A DNA stretch of 57,760 bases, taken from assembly GCA_977017575.1 (NCBI GenBank), contig CDRNVI010000176.1, positions 1-57,760 of the forward strand, written 5' to 3'. Made by a program: the position numbers and the translations under genes. The stretch is from Paramoeba atlantica (Eukaryota; Protista; Discosea). The notes below the pieces were generated by a model, which was given only the letters and a program-made list of their open reading frames with translations, had not been told where the DNA came from and searched no databases. Below are positions 12,450-21,670 of the stretch, piece after piece (positions within the stretch are counted from its first letter, which is position 1; each line of letters starts with the position of its first letter).

Positions 12450-15400
12450 CTATTTGTTTGAGTAAATTCATTTTGAGATGGGCAATGTACCAACCAAACT
12501 GAGTATTGATCGAAAATTTAAACCACACAAGAAAAATTGATTAAAAAGAATAAAAAGATACCAAGCATCGATTTCATTTTTTCCAGCGCAATATCATAAA
12601 GTCTATCAAGAGGATGAGAGAAAAAGAGAGAAAAAGAAGAGAGAAAAAGAAGAGAGAAAAAGAAGAGAGAAAAAGAAGAGAGAAAAAGAAAAACCTGTTA
12701 TCATACATGTGATTTTGTTCAATTTTTTGCCAAATGGAAGAATTGTACATTTTTTTTTGAGGGAGCTCTCCTATTTGGAAAGTCTGCGAGTGAAGTGAAA
12801 AGAGAAAAAGGAGATCAGAACAAAAGAAAAAGGAAAAAGATGGAAAAAGGGAAATGATGTAGAAAGTGAAAAGGTACTCAAAAAAAAGAAAATACAAAAC
12901 CTTTTTTCGAGTTTTATTCATCTCAATGTTCATAATTTTCCTTCTAAAGAAAATTAGAGAAATAAAACAGAATTTGGATAATAAGAAAGAAGAGAGAAAG
13001 AGAAAGAGAAAGAAACTACTTGAAAATGTGAGGATATCGTGAAGAAAGAAGAGCTTCCATTCCAAGAAAGTTCTCCAATACGCCAACAACATCCATTTGC
13101 TCTAGAAAATAAAATTAAAAAAAGAAAGAGAGAGAAGAGAGAGAGAAGAGAGAGAGAAGGAAGAAGAGATACTTAAATGTTCTTCTGCTTGTAGAAATGA
13201 ATCTAAATCAGGAGGAGAAACACATGGTGGTCCATGTCCACATAAATATAGTGTTTGATAATTTGGAATGGGGCACCCGCTCGGAATTTCTGGAAGAGAA
13301 GAGGAGAAGGGGAGAGAGTGGAGAGGGAGAGTAAGAGAAGGGGAAAGAAGGAGAAGGAGGAGAAGGTGAAAAAGAAATGAAAAAAACCTTTTTGATTTTT
13401 GTCTTCGATGCATTTTTCCAAACTTGGCTCTGCAAAAAAGTTGAAAAAAAGAATCAATTTTTAGAATACTGATATCAATTAAGAGATATTAACAAAATAG
13501 AAAAGAGAGGGAGAAGAGAAAAAAAAAGAAAAGAAAAACCATTTCCAAAACTAGTGGTAAGAGTTTTCCAATATTCAAACTGAGAAATATAACGATCTGC
13601 AGGCTTTCTCATCATTGTAAACATACTTGGCTATTTGAGTTTTATAATTAATTATTATTTCATTATTTCGTTATTTCGTGATTGAGTTTTTCGTGTTTTT
13701 TGAATTTTATTTTTGTTATTAGATTTTATTGTGCTTTTTTGAGGTTTGGGCGGTTTGTGGTTGATGTGTTTTTTTCTTCTTTCCAATAAACACCCAAACT
13801 AAATCAAACAAAAAAATGAAATAAATAAAATAAAATAAAAAAAGGAATACCTGAGGAAGAGAATAGCGTGTAAAATTAGGAAATAGAAAATGTTGTCCAG
13901 CAATTAAAAAAGATTGGGATCTTTTACCATCATTCATAATTCTGTGAACCATTTTTTCTTCTTCCTCAAGAGAGAGTATTTTTTCTGCTGTCAATCCAAT
14001 TGAATTCCGAACTTTTGGATCCTTTGTTCTAAAAAGTTAAATCTTAAAAAAACAATAATTTTTTTTTGAAAAAAATAATAGGGCGATGGCTCTAATTTGA
14101 GAAACGTCCCCCTTTCAAATTGATTTTGAAGAAGTTTATGAAAAGTATTTATTGTGCTTTTTCAATAAAATAAATTTTTGAAAACTCCACCTTTCAAGTC
14201 GAGGTTTGTTTTGTGTGAGAAACCAGCCAAAACAAAACCATGTCCACTGGCCCCCAGTTTTTTCAGAGAATGTTCCATTTGGGGAGCTCTTTCATCCTTT
14301 TTGAATTTTCCCTTGATGGCTCAATCTTCTTGGAAAAGAAAGTTGCAAGAAACAGTCGTGCATTTTACGTTTGGCAAACGCAGGAGCCACCGGATGCGAA
14401 GAGACCAAAGATTGAACGTCTTTTTGTCGAGTTTTGTGCTGCTCCAAATGGTCATTGAGGTCCCCCGACCGTTTTCAAGTTTCAAGGGCAACTCTTTATC
14501 GAGTTTTAGCCTTGAATGAGGTGGAAGAGGTGCCAGAAGATGGTGTTCAAACAGTGAAAGTTCCACGGAGGGGTCGCCCCACAACTCTGACTGTCAGCGA
14601 AGAAGAGATGATTCTTCGAGCCTGTCAAGCTTTCGAAAGTGTTTACACTATCATTACACTTTCGAAAGCTTGACAGGCTCAATTGTCGTCAATGAAGCTC
14701 ATCATGCTGCTTTGATGAGGCATGGTGATGCAGAACAAGGGAGTGATGTGGTGTGGGAAGCGAATGCCTGTGCACGGTATGATCGGGTCGGGAGGTCGAC
14801 GTTGGGTAGAGGGGCTCCCTCCTGTCTCGTCATCCCCAAATATCTCTTAGCCATTCTCAACGACCAATTGAGAAGGAAAGAGCTGCAAAAACCCAACCAG
14901 AAATTTCTTTACAGCATTTTCGGAACCTTGTTCATGACCATCGCCAAAGGTCAGAGTGTTTCTAGTTGGACTTTGCCTTCATCTGAAGGCTTAGTTACTC
15001 GTGAGGGTGGCCTTGGGCGAGATCCTGGAAGAGATGTCTTGGAGGTGAGAGTGATTGATGACAAACCAACTCTCTTTGTTTTACCCTTAAATGCCCCCCT
15101 TGAACCTCTGGATCCTTTGAGAGTGGTTGCAATTGATGAAAAGCCTTTGAGTCCTGATGCTCCTTGTAGTGAGCGTATGTCAGCATTGGGTGTCCGACAT
15201 TCTGTTGGGTCAAGCCGTTCTTCAACATGGACAGTTACCCCTGTCATTAATGCTGCTGGAGATTTGATTTTCACCCAACTGATTACTCGGGGTGGATCTG
15301 TTGGATGTGGGACTTTGGTCCAGATTGCAAATTATCTGCACTTGGCAAGGACAGAAAAAGGGTTCAAACTGATGACTCTTTTCTGAAATTTGCGGCTGTT

Positions 15401-17748
15401 TGGTTGCCTCACATTCCAACTTCTGAAGAAAATCCTGGTGTTCTGGTTGTTGATGGGCATGCCAGCCATCTGACCCGAGCTTTTTCTCTTCTTGCGGCAA
15501 AACATTATTTATTGGTGATTTGTTGAGTATTCTTCTTCAAGCAGGTGACAATGGTGTGAATCACTGGATTGATGCCAATTATGCTCGGGAATACACAACG
15601 ATTTTTTCAGTGACCAAAGGGTCTGTGACTATTGACCATGTATTCTTGCAATTTCTCGTGTTGTGAAGAGGATGACAGAAAAAAAGAGCCTTGTCCAGCA
15701 CTCTTTTCAGGCTGTCTCTCTGACCGGTGACATCCGAGATTGTATTGGTCATTGGATTCCCGAACAATTTGCCATACAAAGCCCTTCCGAAAGTTTTGAA
15801 GCCTTTTTTGAATGTTTTTTTTTCGCTTGATCAAACGGCACTTCCATGGAATTCTCCCATCTTTCTCCCGGACAGTTATCGCTCTCAAGTCTCACCTGTT
15901 TTGAAAGAAAAGTTTCAAAACTTAGTTGGCAGAAGAAGCCAGTGATCCCCAAAAATTGCTCGTGGGAGAGTCATTCACTGCGTATCAGTTGTCACGGAGC
16001 CAAAATAGCGATGAAGAGTTGGCTGTTCGTCTCTGGGGGCCAAAGATGGAGTGGAAAGAAGAGAACCAAGTATCTCAAGCACCAACAAAATTTTTTTGTC
16101 AATGTTTCAATTGGAGTGGTTCATCAGCCATTGCTGAAGCAGAGGCTGCAGACACAAAAGCAAAAGAAGCAGAACAAGAGCGAGAAAGACGAGAAAAAAA
16201 CTGACAGGAACAACTTGTCAAAGAGGCTCCTCTCGTTGAGGTTTTCCACCAACTTGGATTGTGTGACGAACTGGGAAGCCAAAAAAAGATCTTCTGTGTC
16301 AGTTTGCTCCTTCAGCTTTCCCAACGAAGGAACACAATAAGAACATTGTCTTGTCAACAAGATATTCATCTCGACCACCAGTTCCATCTCCTCGACCACC
16401 AGTTCTATCTCCTCGACCACCAGTTCTATCTCCTCGACCCCAGTTACATCTCAACCTCAGTTCCATCTCGACCAGTAGTAGTTGTTTCATTTCAACCTTC
16501 TCCAACGAGCAGTCCTAGTTATCCTGTTAGTTCCCAACCACCCCCAACTCTCGAGAAAAAGATATATTTGAATAAGCACCCCATCTTGAGTCGGGACAGG
16601 AGGTAATGGTGTATTATTTTTGATGTGTTCCTGGGATAGAGTCGATGGGACTTTTGTATTCACACAATTATATTCCCTCTGGTGGGGGCAAATATTGGTG
16701 GGGAAAACAGTTTTAAAGACTGCACCTTCAATTTTTCAAAACCAAAAAAAAAAGAAACGAAATATTGAAGGAAAGGAGGAAAAAGTGAAGATGATAAAAA
16801 TAAACTTTGTGATCACTCTTTATCTTCAAACTTTTTTTGGACATCAGAAAAGGCCACCTCTCGATATCTGCATGTAAACTCCGTTCAGAGAATGGTTTCA
16901 GGGATCTGTCTGGGGATGTGCACAGCAGCTCTCGTTCCCCAACGCACAAAACAACAAAGTCAAATAGCGAAATCTAGCCAAAACACGATCCTCAACGGTT
17001 ACATCATTCTTCTCGAAATTCCCCCACGAAAACCTGTTGGATCACTTCTCCAATTCTCTCTTCCTCCTTTCGCATTCCAAGAAAAGCTCAATTCCCAGAA
17101 CAGAACTCTCGTAAGGAGTTGACAAACTTTCTTCCTTTTCTGAGAATTTGACAAGTCGTCACAAAACCTTTACCATAAAATATTTTTCAAGAAGATCTAG
17201 AATCTGATTCTTGATAATGTCTGGCTCTGATGATATCCCCTCCTCCACTACCGTGGCATATGAATTTATTCAGCAACTGACATTTTATTTTTCTTGTCAT
17301 GAGTCGTCTTTCTTCCCAAAGGGAAGACAGGAAAAGGCCACAAAAATCAAACAAAGAAAAGAATAAAAAGAAAAAAAGAAAAAAATCTCTCAAACAGAGA
17401 AAACAAAGAAAGAATAAGAAATAAAATAAAAAAAATCACAAACAACATCAACCAAGAACGAAGAGAAGAAGATCCACTTTTCCCAATTCGAAGATACATT
17501 ACAAAGTTTGGTTGAGGGTTCACCATGCATGGTTCTCTTCTTCTTCTCTTCTCTTCTTCCTTTTTTGAAAATCAGATTTTAGGAAGAGGGAAGAGAGAAT
17601 TCCCCATTTTGAGAGGAGAAAGAGAAGAGGGAGAAAGAGAAGAGAAGGAACAAACATCAATCAACCCTTCTTGAAGAAGAAAACCATCTTTTCCAAAAAG
17701 AGAAAAAGAGAAAAAGAACAAACAAACAAAAATCTTTGTTCCCAACAT
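12450..17748 (-). CDS. HS2ST/UST-like sulfotransferase, copy C, with a 3.4-kb intron 2
   Basis: MLGTKIFVCLFFFSFSLFG anchor; exons MYLRIGKSGSSSLRSW, GQHFLFPNFTRYSLPQ, MMRKPADRYISQFEYW, CPIPNYQTLYLCGHGPPCVSPP, MDVVGVLENFLGMEALLSSRYPHIFK. Intron 2 runs 14029-17446 and is phase 2, as in copies A and B. Confidence 0.78.
14434..16340 (+). pseudogene. DDE_1 (pogo/CENP-B-like) transposase with stops and frameshifts
   Basis: HTH-like VSRATLYR and RRGRPTTLTVSEEEMI; catalytic-like LDPLRVVAIDEKP, TWTVTPVINAAGDL, VLVVDGHASHL and QAGDNGVN; charged C-terminal coil. The motifs are spread across several frames. Confidence 0.7.
16370..16443. repeat. 21-bp tandem repeat, ~3.5 copies
   Basis: CTCGACCACCAGTT(C/T)(C/T)ATCTC-type unit repeated head to tail. 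Confidence 0.85.
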
Positions 17749-17952
17749 CCCCAAAAAACAAGAAAAACAAAAAAAAAAAAAAGACAGTGGTGTCCCATTC
17801 GGTGTCCAATTTATTTTTTTTTGGCTCTCAAAAAGCACCAAAACGAAAATGACATTTTTTCTTTTTCTTTTTCTTTTTTTTCTTTTTTTCGGAAAACGGG
17901 AGAGTTTGGAAAGAGAGAAAGGGGAGAGAAAGAGAAAGATTCAATCAAATCA

Positions 17953-18836
17953 ATGGATCCATGGAATGAACCACAGATGGAGGAGTACACTGACAAAGAA
18001 CCATTTGATCTGGAAAAAAGTGCAACTGCAATTTCTGTCAAAAAAAGTGTGGGAGAGGATGGGAGAATGGAAGTGAGCGCTCGTTTTCCTCTTGGACCAA
18101 CTCCTTTGTATTTTGGTCCTCCTTTTACTTTTGATTCTTCTGAGTTTGTTTCTTTTTCTTTTTCTTTTTCTTTTTTCTCTTTTTTTGTGTTCTCAAATTC
18201 TTTCAACAACTTTTTGAGCCGTCCTTCAAATTCAAACAAACTTTTTCCTTTTCTCATTTTCCTTTTTCAAGAATGTCATGGAGTTTCAAAACAAGGACAC
18301 ATAACAACAATTGTTGGATATGTGGTTTGGTTCCAATTGGAAAAAAAGATTATCGAGGTCCCTTCACTCCTGGCAAATCAATCTGTTTGGAAGAAGAAAA
18401 AGATGCTATTGTTGTTACCCCAAATTATGAATCTGCAGGTAGAGGTTGTAATATACCCCGTGAAAAGGAGATGGATTTTCATGAAAAAGATATTGAGGTT
18501 TGTTTTGAACATTTTCTTTTTTTTCTCTCTCTCTCTTTTTGATCAATTTTTTGACTTTTGAATTCTTTGAAAAGGTTCGAGTTTTGGGAAAACGAAAAGA
18601 AGTGATCTTCACAGCCACAAAAGGGGAACAAGTACAAACAACCATTTTTGATGTTTCAGGTTCCAAATGGGCTGATGGTTTTTCTTTGTGTATTGCTGGT
18701 TACTATACAGGAGAACTCGAAGCGGTAATCTTTTTTCTTTCTTTTCTATCTCTCTCTTTCTTTGACTCATCGTTCGATCTTTTCTTCTCAGGAACAAACA
18801 CTGGCACTCTCCATCAAACCTGCAAAGAGATCTTGA
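17953..18836 (+). CDS. Orphan 4-exon gene of ~200 aa, copy 1
   Basis: MDPWNEPQMEEY...FDSSE / MSWSFKTRTHNNNCWICGLVP... / VRVLGKRKEVIF...GELEA / EQTLALSIKPAKRS*. GT-AG junctions give consistent phases. No family recognised. Confidence 0.65.
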
Positions 18837-19109
18837 ATGATGAAAAGTGAGGGGGAAACAATTGTTTTTTGAGTCTTTCTCCTTTTGAGATTTTTTCTTG
18901 AAAAAGAGAAAGAAAAGAAAGAAAAGAAAGAAAATCCTAAATGTGCCAAGAGTAGATCTTGTTTTTGCAGTTTCTTTCGTTGTTTTCTTCTTCGTTGGGG
19001 TTTTGTGTTGCTTTTGTGCAACAGGGACGAGTATTGTGGCAGTGGTTTTGTCAAGGTTGTGATCATTTTTCCTCTTAGAGGGAGAAGAGCGATGATTTGA
19101 AGTTTTGTT

Positions 19110-20130
19110 TGTGTTTTTTTCTTCTTTCCAATAAACACCCAAACTAAATCAAACAAAAAAATGAAATAAATAAAATAAAATAAAAAAAGGAATACCTGAG
19201 GAAGAGAATAGCGTGTAAAATTAGGAAATAGAAAATGTTGTCCAGCAATTAAAAAAGATTGGGATCTTTTACCATCATTCATAATTCTGTGAACCATTTT
19301 TTCTTCTTTCTCAAGAGAGAGTATTTTTTCTGCTGTTAATCCAATTGAATTCCGAACTTTTGGATCCTTTGTTCTAAAAAGTTAAATCTTAAAAAAACAA
19401 TTAAAAAAATTTAAAAAAAAGAATAGAAGTTAATGGGTCGATGATTCGCAGAAAGTTTACTCTCAGGAGAAATACAAGAAGTTTTGGAACACTCTGTTCC
19501 ACAACTTCTTGTATTTGAATTCTATTTTGGTGGATGGAATGGTTGTTGAAGTGAATGATACACAGTGCCCTCTCACATCACGGACTTTTCGGAATGGAAA
19601 AACACTCGGTCCAAGCCATTGTTTTTTTTTGTCTCTCCTCGTCGGTGGAATTGTTTTCTTATGTTTCTGAAAAATTTGAAGGAGGATCGACAATAAAACC
19701 CACCTCTGAAAACTGTCTCTGAAAAACTTGCCCAAAACTTGAGAAATCGAACGAAGAAAAAAAATCTACTCAAGTTTGAGATAGTTGTGGGTGACATCAG
19801 AAAAGGTGGCCACCTCTCGAAATCTGCAAGAAAACATGAACTCACACATGAACCTCTCTTCTTCTTCTCTTCTCTTCTTCCTTTTTTGTTTTAGGAAGAG
19901 AGAAGAGAATTCCCCATTTTGAGAGGAGAAAGAGAAGAGGGAGAAGAGGGAGAAGAGGGAGAAGAGGGAGAAGAGGGAGAAGAGAAAGAACGTCCATCAA
20001 TCAACCCTCCTTGAGGAAGAAAACCATCTTTTCCAAAAAGAGAAAAAGAGAAAAAGAACAAACAAACAAAAATCTTTGTTCCCCCAAAAAAACAAAAACA
20101 AAAAAAAACAAAAAGACAGTGGTGTCCCAT
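19110..20130 (-). pseudogene. Truncated sulfotransferase copy D (exon 1 and exon 3 only; exon 2 and 3' exons absent)
   Basis: 19110-19400 duplicates 13765-14055 and 19850-20200 duplicates 17530-17880. The PAPS-binding exon is missing, and ~450 bp partly similar to 16840-16880 sits in its place. Confidence 0.7.
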
Positions 20131-20274
20131 TCGGTGTCCAATTTTTTTTTTTTTGGCTCTCAAAAAGCATCAAAATGAAAATGATTTTTTTTCTTTTTCT
20201 TTTTCTTTTTTTCGGAAAACGGGAGAGTTTGGAAAGAGAGAAAGGGAGAGAAAGAGAAAGATTCAATCAAATCA

Positions 20275-21172
20275 ATGGATCCATGGAATGAACCACAGAT
20301 GGAGGAGTACATTGACAAAGAACCATTTGATTTGGAAAAAAGTGCAACTGCAATTTCTGTCAAAAAGAGAGTGGGAAAGGATGGGAGAATGGAAGTGAGC
20401 GCTCGTTTTCCTCTTGGACCAACTCCTTTGTATTTTGGTCCTCCTTTTACTTTTGATTCTTCTGAGTTTTGTTTCTTTTTCTTTTTCTTTTTCTTTTTTC
20501 TCTTTTTTTGTGTTCTCAAATTCTTTCAACAACTTTTTGAGCTGTCCTTCAAATTCAAACAAACTTTTTCCTTTTCTCATTTTCCTTTTTCAAGAATGTC
20601 GTGGAGTTTCAAAACAAGGACACATAAAAACAATTGTTGGATATGTGGTTTGGTTCCAATTGGAAAAAAAGATTATCGAGGTCCCTTAACTCCTGGCAAA
20701 TTGATATGTTTGGAAGAAGAAAAAGATGCTATTGTTGTTACCCCAAATTATGAATCTGCGAGTGGTAGAAGTCGTAATATACCCCGTGAAAAGGAGATGG
20801 ATTTTCATGAAAAAGATATTGAGGTTTGTTTTGAACATTTTCTTTTTTTTCTCTCTCTCTTTTTTTGATCAATTTTTTTGACTTTTGAATTATTTTTTTT
20901 TGAAAAGGTTCGAGTTTTGGGAAAACGAAAAGAAGTGATCTTCACAGCCACAAAAGGGGAACAAGTACAAACAACCATTTTTGATGTTTCAGGTTCCAAA
21001 TGGGCTGATGGTTTTTCTTTGTGTATTGCTGGTTACTATACAGGAGAACTCGAAGTGGTGATCTTTTTTCTTTCTTTTCTATCTCTCTCTTTCTTTGACT
21101 CATCATCCAATCTTTTTTTCTTCTCAGGAACAAATACTAGCACTCTCCATCAAACCTGCAAAGAGATCTTGA
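20275..21172 (+). CDS. Orphan 4-exon gene, copy 2
   Basis: Near-identical to 17953-18836, with an in-frame 1-codon indel (ESASGRSR vs ESAGRGC). Confidence 0.65.
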
Positions 21173-21670
21173 ATGATGAAAAGTGAGGGGGAAAAAATTG
21201 TTTTTTTGAGCGTTTCTCCTTTTGAGATTTCTTCTTGAAAAAGAGAAAGAAAAGAAAGAAAATCCTAAATGTGCCAAGAGTAGATCTTGTTTTTGCAGTT
21301 TCTTTCGTTGTTTTCTTCTTGGTTGGGGTTTTGTGTTGCTTTTGTGCGACAGGGACGAGTATTGTGGCAGTGGTTTGGTCAAGGTTGTGATCATTTTTCC
21401 TCAGAGAGGGAGAAGAGCTAATAAAATCTGAACACAAAAAGCTTTTTTTTGTTTTTATTCATTTTCTCATTTTTTCTTTTTCTTTCTCATTTGAGATTAT
21501 GATAAAACTTCATTTTTCCCTGGACCAATGAAACAACACATTCTTTACTTCTTCTCCTGTGGTTTTGAGGACAAAAAACATCAAACTCATCCATTTCACA
21601 GGGGTCAATTTTGGTTCTATTTTTTTTGCAAAAATATAAATTTCCCTCTTCTTTCTTTTTTTTTCTTTCT

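Larger units (their letters stand above)
14070..17330 (+). mobile_element. Degenerate pogo/Tc1-mariner-superfamily DNA transposon region inside intron 2 of sulfotransferase C
   Basis: Intron-free, higher-GC block antisense to the host gene, containing transposase-like motifs. I found no TIRs or TSD, so the boundaries are inferred from composition. Confidence 0.6.

Noticed and set aside
14070-17330. Terminal inverted repeats for the pogo-like element
   Set aside because: I found no convincing inverted match between the two ends by eye.
21240-21640. Short hydrophobic ORF (also at 18930-19060) and a neighbouring coding-like patch
   Set aside because: No start codon, splice link or family could be supported, and its conservation is explained by the recent duplication.
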